NCBI GenBank assembly: GCA_003971905.1 | Contig: RSEE01000042.1 | Coordinates: 310,001-374,000, forward strand | Length of the DNA: 64,000 bases | Reading direction: 5' to 3' | Origin: Moniliella sp. 'wahieum' | Lineage: Eukaryota | Notes under the pieces: generated by a model | What the model was told of the DNA's origin: nothing | Databases searched by the model: none | Seen by the model: only the letters and a program-made list of their open reading frames with translations | Translations under genes and position numbers: made by a program | Shown: piece by piece, positions 26,601 to 39,312 of the stretch | How the letters are laid out: every line of letters starts with the position of its first letter | How positions within the stretch are numbered: the first letter of the stretch is position 1

Positions 26601-26869
26601 CTCGCGCGACTGGGCGGATGGAAAGCTGGAGGACGAGGTTGGGTGATGAAGATGAGGCAGGTAAGTGGAGACGAGAGGTTTCCTGTATTACTCAATCAAT
26701 TGGCTGGAAACGGTCAGGAGTTGGACAAGAAAGGCGGGAAGGGACGAGAATGGAAGGTGGGATAAAGGATTCCCACTGATCGAGGATACTGACTATTGGT
26801 TGACCCCTTTTTGGTAACACCCTCCTGTCTACTGGCATAGATGTTAACAGAGCGAGAAGCAGATGAAGC

Positions 26870-27127
26870 TGCTAGAGTGCGACTTGATGGGAGCACTCGC
26901 GATCCTATGGATCAGCTGCAAAGCAGCCTTCAGACAAGGTGTGAAGGCAAAGTGGTGAGCAATGAGCCAAAGTCTTCAAGCAACGTCTGAACCGAAGGAG
27001 ATAGGAGAGCAAGAAGGGAAATGAAGCGAGCAGGGCGTGCGCGCCCTGCGAGCGGAACTCTTCCGCCCGGCTAAGCGAGCGTCACCGATCCACTGAGGGC
27101 CGTGCAGGGGAACCCCAGCACTACCCT
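26870..27127 (-). mobile_element. Solo LTR, copy A (same family as 45979-46233)
   Basis: Reverse complement aligns over its whole length with 45979-46233 and ends CTCTAGCA. Flanked by GAAGC direct repeats (26865-69, 27128-32). The first 6 bp (TGTTAG) appear lost or altered. Confidence 0.8.
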
Positions 27128-27810
27128 GAAGCAAGCGATGGCTGCAAAGGCTGCGAAGGCTGCGAAGGCACTAAGAATATCATCCGATAGCACTTCCTCG
27201 TGTACTATAATCACTCGCCTTATTCGAGTTTGAGAACAGTGGAAGACTATGCCAGAATGTCGGACGTCATTGGATCGCTATCGTTGTGAGGAGTAGAGTG
27301 TGAGTAGTTACAAAAGCGGGTGGAGTAAGCCTGACGATGGACGGTTGTGCCCTGCCTCTCCCTCCTCAAGCTTTTTGGCCATGTTTAATCCCAGACTAGT
27401 TACGCCACACCTCCATTGTTCCCTCGTTAGTTTCCCCCAGAACTGGTAACAGGACTCCAACTCGATAGAGGGCATACCACTACTGTAGGATAGGCGCCTA
27501 GCTTCGTCTTGTCCAACCTCCTCCCCTGTATGAAGCCGTACATCGTTACGAATGAACAGCACAGACCTAGTGCACGATAGTGCGTTCTATACCTTCTTTC
27601 GAGGCGCTGAATGATGTCCAATTGGCGTTCACCTGATTGGCCTGATTCCAACTCAAAACGATGCAGACCAAACTCACAAGTGGAGCCACCCTATACCGGT
27701 TGTTCCTCTCATTGTCCTCTTCAAAAGAGCAATGCGCAGAGCGCTCTGGCTCAGTATGCCAAATCGAACCTTGTAACATGTAACGTATCTGTAGCTTGAA
27801 GCTTTCCCTT

Positions 27811-27855
27811 AAGAGTCACTAGTCAAGGTTCAACGTGCAACGTTCAACGTTCAAC
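27811..27855. repeat. Mixed in-phase heptamer chain
   Basis: AAGAGT-C-ACTAGT-C-AAGGTT-C-AACGTG-C-AACGTT-C-AACGTT-C-AAC. Confidence 0.85.
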
Positions 27856-27998
27856 TTGAGCGCTTCAACGTGTCGCGTCCCAAACCAGAGCGCCTGTGTG
27901 GACCAATCTCGAAACCGTTACATCACAGTAGCTGGGATTCAAGCGGACCCTTGTGGGCAACGTGATGTAGGCCAGGAAGCCCCGAACTGTGTCCATTA

Positions 27999-29517
27999 TC
28001 AAGCACGCTTCTGGATGACAACCGCATTGAGCAGGCCAGCCTCCTTGAGCGTTTGGGTTTCGTCTGTGAGTGCCTTGGCGGGAAGCTGGTGGTAAGAATG
28101 AAAGACTCGGGGCTTGAGCCCGAGGCCGCCAAGAAGCGACGCACGTCAGCCACAGTGTGAGTCTGGTTGAACTTCTGAACCAGTCGGGTGCCATCTGCCA
28201 AGCGGAGCTGTAGCGTGGTGATGGGCTGGGAGGAATCCAGCTCGAATTGGGGCGAAGAAGCGGGCCCGGCCTGGGTCGCCGGCGCTGCGTCTGCAGTACG
28301 GGATGCCGAGACGGAGGAAAGGGCGGGGGAAGCCCGGCCAGAGGAGGTCACGGGGCTTCCGAGGCGGTTGCCTTGCCCCGCAAAGGCCCGGACCGGGCCC
28401 GGAGGTGGTGGGGTGTAAGGCTGGTCTATGCGCCGTTCGATGTGCAGGTCAACTTGCTGGTCCGGCCGCACATTGAACACGGAGTTGGGTGCACGCTGGG
28501 ACTCAATGGCCCGAAGAAGCCGTTGGTTTTCCGGGTTGTCGTACCGATACAACTCGGAATCTTCCACAGTGAAACCATCGGCCCAGAAAATCAAATGGCG
28601 CACAGCCAGTTCGTCCTCCTGCTCTTCCTCCTCAGGCTCACCGGTCTGACCCTCGCCGACTTCAGGCTCTGGTGCATTGATCGAACGCCCGTGGCCCCAG
28701 TGGTGACCGCCAGCACTGCCATCGTGTTCTGGTCCACCAGCGGCAGAAGGGGAAGGGGCGGGTCCCCCCTCAGCAGCCTGGCGAAGAATGTTGTTGACCA
28801 AGTCCATCCCTTCCCCTTCGTTGCCATCTGCGTGAGCCCGGGCCAAGGCCTGCAGCATACGCTGACGCCGCTGGGCTTCGGGGTCCTGGACACTCAGCCC
28901 ACTCCGCTCTCCACCAGTGTAGAGGTTGGGCGTGTCTTCTTCATCCGAATCAGGACCATCATCATGCTGCAGCCGCCAATGTTACCTTGACGATACGTGC
29001 CATGGCCATGGCGGCTAGTGCTGCTACTGCCGCCTTGGCCACTGCTCGAGCCAAAGCCATGCACGTTGGAGCCAATCCCGGATCCACTGCGAGGCCCTTG
29101 GCCCGCCCCATCCCTAAGACTGCCCAGGGTGGCGATACCTGTCCGGCGCGCACCAGATGGAGCCGAGGAGCCACCGCTAAACCCGTGCAGAGGATTGGAG
29201 CGTGTCTGGGGGGCACTTTGGCTGGGCCACGGGTCAGCCGGAGCGGGGGGCCGGACAAGGTGCGTGGGCCGACGTAACCAGGTGGAGCCTCTGGAAAGGT
29301 AAACAGACGTGTGAGCACAGGAAGGCAGCGCAAGGAGCACCCGAGACGTACGGGGTGTAGCAGTGGGAGCCGGCTGAGGCTCAGGCTCGCCTTCCTGCGC
29401 GGCCAAGTAGGTGGCAACAGCAGTCTCCAGGTTCCCGTCTGCAGTTGCAAGGTAGCTGCGCGCGGTCTCAGGAGATGCGCCTGTGAGGTCGGCAAAGTGG
29501 GCGACGGGGTCGGTCAT
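27999..29517 (-). CDS. SHP1: Cdc48/p97 cofactor Shp1/Ubx1 (p47): UBA-like, SEP, UBX
   Basis: HFADLTGASPETARSYLATADGNLETAV; SEP RHLIFWADGFTVEDSELYRYDNPENQRLLRAI; SHP box FAGQGNRLGS; UBX TTLQLRLADGTRLVQKFN..TSFPP..AGLLNAVVIQKRA*. Confidence 0.95.
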
Positions 29518-30103
29518 GGCAGCGGTCGCCGGTGGTGGAGGGGAGGCGGGGGTGTGGGTGGGCGAGGTAGTGGCTGGGGCAGCGTGCCAGGCGGAACTGC
29601 GGGCGGAATGGTGGGCTGGCAAGGGGATGTGAGCGTGACGCGTCAGCGCCAGGGCTGGCTATGTGCTGCGTCATCGATCATCGGTATCAATCATCAACAC
29701 CGTGCGACAGGCACTGACGTCATCGTGCCGCGCCGGATGCGGATGGCAGCGGGCCGCCGCCAGAGGGATCGGGGTGGGGGGCTCGGCTGTGAGCATGCGC
29801 AGCGTGCACAGCACGGCGGGCACGCGTCTGCCTCTGGCATTGGCGCGGGCCCCCGTCCCAGCCGCTTCACTGCCGCCCGCACAGCTCCTCCCGGCGCCAG
29901 AGCCCCATCCCCATCGACACGCGCCTGCTCCATGGGGCTCACATGTCACAAGCGGTGGTGATGCCGGTGATGTGATGGCCCACCCTCATTTGTCATGCGC
30001 AGCAATCCAGATTAGTATAGCCGCCGCCATAGCCCCCTTCAGTCTGTCTCCCCCTTCGTGACGCCGCCACCATCCACCATCCATCACCCCCACCCCCCCC
30101 ACC

Positions 30104-31528
30104 ATGGTCCTCTCGGGTCTCCTTGGCGGCAAACACGCCCACCACCATCTCTCCTCCCATGCGCCTTCCAACTCCCCCCCACCAGCGATGATGACAGCCG
30201 TGTGGGCGGCGACGGCGGCGAGGAAGAGCAGCTGGACGACGAGAACGGCAGCATCTTGCTCCATTTGATCAGCCAGCTGCGCATCGGCATGGATCTGTCC
30301 AAGGTCACCCTTCCTACCTTTGTCCTCGAGCCACGCTCCATGCTCGAGCGCATCACCGACTTTCTCTCCTACCCCGACCTTATCTTTGGTGCGTCCCAGC
30401 TCAGCGACCCCGTCGATCGCTTTGTTGCCGTGACTCGCTATTACCTCGCCGGTTGGCACATCAAGCCCAAGGGCGTCAAAAAGCCGTATGTACTGGGTTG
30501 ACAGCCCAATCCTAACCTGGGTGGACCTGTTCTACGTTCGACCGTTCTATTGACACTCTCCTTCCCTCCCACAGCTATAACCCCATCTTGGGCGAGTTTT
30601 TCACTTGTTCGTACCGGTACCCTGACGGCTCCACTGGCCATACATTGCCGAACAAGGTTCGTCTCCCCCTTCTTCCTTTCTTCTGGTTTTGCTTCCGTCC
30701 TTACTTACTCCCTGTTTCCTTGTCAGTTTCTCACCATCCCCCGATCAGTGCCTACTTTTACTGTGCACCCGAGCACAATGTCGTCATCTATGGGGAACTG
30801 CGACCCAAGAGCAAATTCCTGGGCAACAGTGCAGCCACCCTGATGGGCGGAGAGAGTCGCGTCGTGTTTCTTGATCGCCAATCCGCCCCAATGGGATTGG
30901 GGAAGATGTGATTGGGATGCCCAACATGTTCGCCCGCGGAATCATGTTTGGCAAGCTGCTGCTCGAGTTGGGCGATACGTCTAGGATCGAGTGCCCCGCT
31001 ACCGACACCTCGGCCTCGGTCGAGTTTAAAACAAAGGGCTACTTTTCCGGAACCTACAATGCGCTCGAGGCCAAGGTCATGCACGCTCGCAAGCAAGTTG
31101 GGCTTGTGCAGGGCAAATGGAGCGATACGATGACCTACACTGACATGCGCACCGCAGGATCCAAGGATGGTGACATTGGCGAACAATCCATCCTTTTTTC
31201 TGTTAAGGATGCACCCACTCCAGCGGCCAAGTCAGTCCGGCCTGAGGCGGAGCAGGCGCCAAACGAGTCGCGCCGGCTATGGAACGGAGTGACAATCGCG
31301 ATCCAGAAGAAAGACATGCATGCCGCCACTGAGGACAAAACGGCATTGAAGATGCCCAGCGGGCTCGGGCCAAGGAACGGGAAGAGAAGCATATCGAGTT
31401 TGAGCCGCACTACTTCGTCTATGTGCCCAGCCTTGGCCATTACTTGCCTCGCACGGAGTCGTTGCCGCCTGCCTTCCAAGCCCCACCGTTGTCTCGTACT
31501 TTGCCTCTCTCCACACTGCGTGAGGTAA
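30104..31528 (+). CDS. Oxysterol-binding protein homologue, Osh6/Osh7 subfamily
   Basis: ILLHLISQLRIGMDLSKVTLPTFVLEPRSMLERITDF, KKPYNPILGEFF, VSHHPPISA, PKSKFLGNS, ESRRLW. Introns about 30486-30574 and 30657-30726. 3' end approximate. Confidence 0.92.
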
Positions 31529-31775
31529 AAGGGGAAACAAGATATATATATATCATTACCCTTCTTGGTTCTCTTCACTACCTCTTGGCGTGAATTTGTG
31601 TTTTCGCCTTGGTTATCCCTTCCTGAAGCTGCCGGTGTAGAGTGGTCCGCCCAATCCAACCATGCGTCACTTCTACTGTTCCTTCTCTACAAGACGAAAC
31701 ATAGGCGTGACGAGGATACCAGACAGACTGGGGACAAAGGAAAGGCCTATAGAAAGGAGAGGATGAGTAGATGGA

Positions 31776-33252
31776 TTAGTCTCGCTCCCGGCTGAAGGAA
31801 ATTTTGACACCATCTCTCTCCGGCAGTGTGACTTTGTCACTGCTGCCCTTGATTGCCCACAGTTCGTCCACCCTTCGGTCCCAGGGCAAGTCGCGGTTGT
31901 AGATCCCCTGCAACCCAATCCCATCCGCCGGGCACCATTGCAACAGGCCTGCCATCTCGGGCGCGGAAAGCATGTAAGGAGGGAACCGACGAGCCGGATT
32001 ACGCTTCTGACGTTTTGCCTGTTCAATCGATGCACCGAGAAAGGTTAGCTTGGCGTTTCGGGAACCCAGGCGCAGCTAAACGAGAAAGGAGACGTACCAG
32101 CAGTTGACCATGGCAACCGTACATGTCCTTGTCGTAGAGGAAAAACCCATTTTTCTTTTCCTGAATGTACTGCTTACTTGTGTCACCCTCATCATCAAGC
32201 CGACATAGGTGAAGCGTCGGCGGTTGTGGTACAGCGCTTGGGTTGGCCACCGCAACGCCTTGGCGTGCAAATTCTTAAACCGCTCCTTTTTCATCTCGTA
32301 GCCGACAATCGTGACCCGTTCGGGTACCGACCGGTAATTCGCGGAATCGAGCGAGGGAGAAGAGCAAGTTTTGGAAGCTGTCCAGTGCATAGGTCTCGGT
32401 CGTCATCCGAAGCAAGTCCAATCCAGCCCCCGAGCCAGCTTTGAGAACAGTTGAAGGGGCATGGGCTTTTTCTCTCTCTTGGGTGCTTTCTTACCGCCGC
32501 CAACTGCGTCGTGCTCGACTGCCGCATTCTCTCCCGTCCCGTCCTTATCCGCATCCACAAACTGCGCAATTTCAGCCCCATGCTCGCCGGTTGTCAACAG
32601 CACCACCTCGGCACCGGGGAGGACGGGAAGATCCATATGGCTCTGCAGCGCCAACTGGAAGTAGCTCTCGGCCTCGGTGGCCAGCGAGTGGGGGCGGGTC
32701 TGCCCACCACTAAAGACCAAAAGGGCGGATGGATCCTGGTTGGCAATTTCAATGCCGCGCTGGATGTGGTTCCAAAACGTGCGCACCGAACCGCCCTTCT
32801 GGTACTCTCCAACACCCAGTTGTCGTCGGTCTGACGGCCATCAAAGGAGGAGCCGCCCAGATGGCATGGCCAACGACAAGCACCAAGTGGTCCAGCTGTT
32901 CCGCCCCGGGCTGTGGCGCGGGCGCGACTGTTTGGGCCCAAGACGCAATCTGCTCAGCAGTGGGGCCAGTTTGGTTGGCAGCGGACAGGGCCGAGGTGGG
33001 CTTGGAAGGGTGGGCCCATTGAAAGAGGTTGAGAAAGAGAGACAAGCTGGCGAGAGAGACGAGGAGGCCGATGCCTAGGTTGGTCACGCGGCTGGGTGAC
33101 GCAAGGCGTGTACGCCAATCGGCCGCGCCGCTGGTGGCGAAGGCGTAGGCGGCGGAGGTGGAGTAGCGGGCACTGGTGCGGCGCGTGGGGACGGTGTTCT
33201 TCCGCGACAGCACCGACGCGCGGCCATTGGTACTCTCGCTCGTACGCGACAT
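31776..33252 (-). CDS. YOR238W-like (DUF218-related) membrane-anchored protein
   Basis: TM segment (LGIGLLVSLASLSLFLNLF), HLVLVVGHAIW, LLVFSGGQTR, EAESY, ALDSFQNLLFS, VTIVGYEMKKERF..HAKALRWP, DMYGCHG. Confidence 0.75.
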
Positions 33253-34142
33253 GCGGCGGTCGCAACGGGCCTTGCGTCGCGTTCGCTGGCGAGAGGACGA
33301 GGAGGTCAGGAGGACGCCACGGCGAGCGACCGGGTGGCCAATCTGCAACCTGCCTGCGTGGAGCACGCGTTACCTAATATGCACCCCGTGGCGGTGCAAG
33401 TCACTTGCCCGCGTTGCAGCGTAAAAGTTTCATGGGGCAGTGAAACGGGGGGTTCGGAGGAACACGGCGGCAGCTGAGACGGGCGTGCTGGTGAAAACCA
33501 CATCCGAGAGTTGTGCGCACCCATGGGATACGGCTTTTCCAGCTACTTCTGCATTCAGCAACGCCACCATCTGCGCCCCTGCTCTCAGCATGGGACTTGT
33601 AACTTTCACACCGAGAGCACAACTGTTCCCCTCCCCTCCCCCAGAGAGGCCACAACCTGTGAGGGATTGAGCGGCTGATGGACGTAGACGTCTTTAGATC
33701 ACACAGTTCTATAGGTACCTGTGAACGAGCTCCCCGGAGGATTGCACATCCTCTTCGAGGCGAGTTCCGTGATGGCGGTTTGACGCTGGCCGAGCAACAG
33801 ATATCGTTTCGAATTTCTTCAGGAGAGCGGTGACAGACGCCTTGTAGTAGGAATGATGAAGGCACAAGAGGCCCAGACGATAAAAGGGGAAAGGTAGGAG
33901 TAGGGCTTTACCGAGAGGAGGGGAGACGGGAGGAGAGGGAGATGAGAGGAGACGGAAGGAATGGCAGATGGGTGGATGGGATTCTCACAATGAGGTGCAA
34001 GCTAAAGGCGTGATGAAAGCGGACGGAGGCTACTGTACAAACGAAGAACCAACTTGAGACCAGGGGAAGACTCACAGAGAGCCTGGGCGGGTAGAACCGG
34101 GAAAGTGAGGGATCAAGGTGGGGACGAGGCGGGAAACAAGTG

Positions 34143-36395
34143 CTAATATGAAAGATAGAGTACGTTGAGGAGCGGAAATCCGACAATGAGCCCAATCCAA
34201 AAGATCAGGTTGCCGCGCGTAGGCGAGTCCTTGATAAACTTGATTTGTCCCAGCATAATCAACGGGAGTTGGGCCATCTGCATCAAAAACAGGTACCCAC
34301 GGATTTTCCCAGTCACGATCGCCATCACGAGTTCGTGCATGAGGGAGCTGAGAAGAACGTAACAAAGACCGCCAACGATTTGGACGCGCCGACCGAGATG
34401 GTTGAGGCATAAACGTGCTTCAGGAGGAAACTGTCACCGGCCGGTTCCAGTCACGCGAAAACTCATCCATCGATTTCGAGTTCCACCAATCCTTGTAGAA
34501 CTCGCGGTCGGCAAACCTGAGCCAAGAGGAAAGAACGTTAGCAACATGAGATGGGAGGGTGATGAATTGAGGATGCAGCTCAAATAGCTAGGACGTACCT
34601 CGTTATCTCGGCAAAAAAGTTTAGGATCGCCTCGAATGATGTAAAAGATGAGGATATAGCAACCCATCATCGGAATCGAAAGCTCAAGGAAGATGCCAAT
34701 AACTTCTGTCGAAGAGTTGTTGGGTCCAGTGGGACTGATAGGCAGGATCCACGTAGTGGTGATAATGTAGATGCAGAAAAATGTACCAAAGGTGGCAAGA
34801 ACTTTCTCGAGCAGGTATCCGGGGCGAATTGAATCAGTGCGAGGATACTCCAACTCGTACACCAACGAGGGAACCAATAGATAGTCCATGAAGTTGGAGA
34901 AGGTCAAATTATGAGGGAAGGTCTGTCGTTGAGTCAAGTCTCCGCAGCGCCAAAGACGGGAGTGGCGGGACCCGACTCCGTGCCCAGGCGAAGGTATGGA
35001 TCACGCGATACGAGGTTGTCCCGCAGCACTTCAATGTCCACCGCCAATTTTCGAATTTCCTATTGGGATGCGTAGCCAGGGGATGCGGATCACGGATAAA
35101 AGTAGGTTCGTCCCTACGAGTTCGCGGCGGTGCAGGATGCTGATCGACGGCAGCAGGAGCTTGCTCTGGGGACGAATGTGTCTTCTCTTCCTTTTTCTCG
35201 GCCTCGGAACTAGCCGAGATTCCAGCGACTGACAGGGCTGGTCAACAGCTTCCTTGGCCATCGATTGAAGCGCCTGCTCCTTCTGCGCTCCATTTGGTCG
35301 GCGGTAGGGGGAAGCTTGTCAGCAGTAGTGGGCAGCTTGTCTGCCTCCGACACCTTTGCTGGGGGGCACCAGGGAATTGCATTCTTGGCCACATAACGTT
35401 CGCGGCAAATTCCTTGTTGAATCTGTTCCTTGCACCAGTCTGACTTGACCACCCACCAACAAAGTCGTCGTCCAGTACCTCTGAGTGATGCAAGGCGCGG
35501 ACACAGGCACGGCGCCAGATGCGAGTAGCACGATCAGGAGCTTCTGAGATGGAACTCGCGGACGAGGAGCGGGACTCGTTGTCACCCACATGCGCGGTCA
35601 CGCCTTTCTCGGAGTCCTCCCCCTCAGCTGCACCTTCGACTCGCTCCACTTCCAGAGCCAACTGGGCCTCCTTGGCATGCAGGCGCCAATAATCATCACA
35701 TGGTGGCCATTGACGTCAAGGTACGAATAGAGCTTCATCATCATGGCCATCGTATGGAGGACAAAAAAGCCACTTTGGACCCAAGGCCATTCACGTCGCC
35801 TGCTCCATGTGATGACCGCCGAGCGAGCATACCAGCAAGCCAAAAGTGGACGAGAAATACGAGGCCATTCGCATAGCGAATACGGTAGCGTTGAGCAAGC
35901 TGGATGAGGGGTAAGGCCAAAAAGAGGTGGGTGATCATGACGAGATCAGAAAGTGCAAGGATTTTGGCATCGCGGCTAAACAGATTGAAAAAGCTAAGAG
36001 AGAGGATGGATCCAGTATGGTGGTAGGTGCGCCAAAAGGAATTGAGCATGGCAAGAAACATGCTGATCCAAAAGAGGGTGTAGAAGCCACGAACGAGTCG
36101 GCGGATGACTCAGCATTAAAGCGGTCAAAGCGGCTGTTGCGAGGGCGAAAAGAGACAATGGAGCGGATGCGCTTGTTGCGGCGGGCGGTGAGTGGGAGGG
36201 GGCGGAGAGGATGCCCCCCTGGGGGGCGATGACGGTATGAACGCCACCGATGCCAACAAAGGTGACGGTGGCATCGGGGGTGAAGACTTCGGGGGGGATG
36301 TTGGCGTTGTCAGCGCGGCCGGCAAAGACGGAATGCCTGAGCGTCGCGCACGGTGACTGAGGGGGCGGGGGGGTGTCGGACGAGGGGGCGGGCAT
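34143..36395 (-). CDS. Sterol O-acyltransferase (MBOAT, Are1/Are2 type)
   Basis: MMMKLYSY, FMDYLLVPSLVYELEYPRT, FADREFYKDWWNS..EFSRDWNRPV, catalytic SSLMHE, GNLIFWIG..ending LYLSY*. Confidence 0.93.
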
Positions 36396-39312
36396 GGCGT
36401 TGGGGCAGGGTGGTGGAGGGAGCAGAAGAAGAAGCCACAGCACACGTCACGGTCAGGCGCCTCAGGGCCTCCAGTTGGTCCCAGGGGCACTGCGGAGTGG
36501 CGACTTAAGGGCTGAAGAAGGGCTGAAGCTGAAGAGTGAGCGGCGCGACAGCTGCTGGGATCCGAGCTTTTTCAATGCGATTTAATATTAGCTCCATGGC
36601 ACCGCACACACGTAATAAGCATCGGCCTGCGGTTTGGGTGTGCGATTATAACGTTCAACAACAGGCATGCATTATCTCTCGCCTCAACGTTGATGACGTT
36701 ATGCTCTGATCGCGACCCACATGCGACGGGTTTCTGTGCATGATAGTCACGCTCATCCGGCCCATTCCTACGCCAACGGACGAGCGAAATGCCTCTCTGC
36801 GCTTGATCCTCCAGGCGCAGCGCCAACACACCCTTTGTTGTCATGATGAGAAAAAACGTGAGGATCTGGTGAAATAGGCCCGTCGTACTTGGAGTTCATC
36901 ACATTGACCGAACTGGTGGTACTGAACCCACCATCTTCATCGTCATATGGCTTAGAGTACTCGATGAGTCTCATTGGACATTGTTCACCCCTCGCATATA
37001 TTGGTTGTACCACCGTCACGCTCATTCGTAACGGCACGGGCGCCATAACGCGGTGGAACGGAAAGCAGATGAATTTTGGGCAGTATATACGTCTACGGAC
37101 GGACTGGAGGTAGTATAATATCCGAAGGGGGGGACACGTCTGAGAGGAGGACTACACCCAGGATCTCGAACTGATAAGAACACATCATAGGGCCCATGCA
37201 CAAGGACCTAGTCGGCCAAAGAATCCACCGTCTAGCACTACGGAATGTCTGGCAATATTCCAACAGAGAGAGAGCCCCGAACAATTGCTGCGACTTGATT
37301 CTTCATGGTGGGCAAGAGAGGCCTCCGATGGCGCTTCAAAGTAACCCCGCCAACATAACGGTTCGGTTTAGACGTAGCGTTTCCCCTGTCCCAGCCTTAA
37401 GCTCTGTCAATGATATGGATGCAGAGAAGAGGGATTGAGGAAAGTAATCGCAGTCAGGGCAAAGATTCACACATTTTATAACATCTCACATCTCAAACCG
37501 GACAAGTTTTCCATGCCGTCTCCAGGGTCGGCGCATCTTCAATTCCCGACGGGACATACTATTACCCGGCCTGACATGTGGCATATCTCCCTCCGTTCCT
37601 CCGTTGCATGCATGGCAGATCACTACATCACCTTCCTTGAACACATTCACATATACAGACGTTCTCATATCTCAGATCTCATCGATCTCAACGTTTATCA
37701 ATAACATTCAACATTCAATAATGTGTTCATCACTCGCATACTCTCTCACAATCTCTCACTGCCGAGGTCCCCCATCACCTCTTCAGGCACATCTCAGCGC
37801 TCCGACAGACTTAGGGGCCTCTGTGTGATGACCGGATCAGTCCCACTGAGCCAGGGCGGGTTGCCGAGCCCAGCCGAGAGGCCGGTGATCCGTGCGTTGG
37901 CTTTTTGAGTCCTGGTTTTGTTTTATCTCGAATGATATACTAATTGGACTTTTGGTCGTGGACGTCTGAAAGTGAGCTCTGCTGTGAGGCTGAGCACGTT
38001 GAGGTTCTGAACAAGATCAGATAGCAGGCAGTTGATGGTGTGTATTGCATTGCACATGAGCTACAGAGGCCATAGAGAACATTCCTGCCCTCCACAGTAA
38101 GTAGTATTGGAAAAAGGAATGCACCGGAAAGACCCGGGCTTGGGCTACTGGGGCCACAGCTTCCGGATCTGAGGTTTTTGTTTCTTTTGGTCTGTGTGCG
38201 TCTCGTGTTTCTACGAGCCCTCTCCCCTCAGGCTTTCTCGTAGGGTGGAGAACCAGCCTGTTACTTGGCCCTTTCTGTGGGTTCTGTGACAGTTCTCCCC
38301 TGGCATTCCTCTGGCTGATACTGTGGGAGGTCTTTCCTACTTTTGGTATGTGTGCTTCTTCTGTCAGTTGAAGGCCATTGGAAGTGGCCTGTCTTCCTCC
38401 AAGAGAGAGCACTTCTAAACTGTGGGTCGGGCCCCAGTCCGGGGTCCGCCCGTGACATGTGACACTCAAAGCGCCTCGGCAAGACACCAACATCTCCGAG
38501 GAAGTGAAGAGTTACCTCGAAGGTTTTTTAAAGCCTTTGGACTCATGTCTTCCGTCGCTCATTAATCACTGCTGAGCACACATGTCAAATGTGCTATACA
38601 TACTTAGTAGTCCTGAATGTAGTATCTACTGCTGGGGAGGCCCACTCTCACCCTAATCACATGCTATAATACTGTGGAGAAACGTGAGGATGCTTTTGAT
38701 GGCTCTTCACGATTATGAGGATAGAGCCACCATCCACATTCATGTGCACTCTCACTGTGCTCTTTTGTGCTTCATAGCAATTTCTGAAAAAGCTACCAAG
38801 AGGCCGGCTCGAGGTGATCAGAGTTGTTGCTGCACCCATAAAACAAGACACGGTTGTAGCAGAATTGTATAGAAGTAGATGAGAAGTGATTCGGAAGAAA
38901 GAGGTGCGGCTTGATCTGCAATCTAAAAATGCCCACCACAGACACTGAAGAGAGATGCTTCCTTCCGCTTATAAAGGGAAAATGAGATTGTGCGCCGACT
39001 CTGCGTTCATTTTAGATTCGTCTGTCTCTGGGGATGAGCGCTTGGCAGGCGAGAGAAGGGTGCAAAAGGGTCGTTTTGGAAGAATCAGCGTGCTGAGAGA
39101 TGTGGCCAGCAGCCCTTTGGTGTATAATGGGGAGAGAGGAGAGTGGAGTGACATGTGTGTCATGTGTTCCTTCCTGGCATGGTGCAAGAATCGGGCTGTT
39201 GCAGTTGTCTATGGATACCGGTTTACTGGTTACCACACCCAGCATAACGCCAGCACCAATATAGAGCTCTCTCAAATATACTACTCCTCGTGAAAGAACG
39301 GGTGCTCACTGA

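Noticed and set aside
25720..26700. Retroelement internal ORF or gene downstream of LTR copy A
   Set aside because: No gag/pol motifs, the LTR has matching flanking repeats (solo), and I recognise no domain. It remains a possible orphan.
19110..27998. Mating-type locus or pheromone gene
   Set aside because: I found no homeodomain or STE3 receptor gene and no short CAAX-ending ORF, although very short ORFs were not checked exhaustively.
5361..36395. Lipid-transport gene cluster (YPP1, OSH6/7, ARE)
   Set aside because: Interspersed with unrelated genes over about 30 kb; chance is sufficient.
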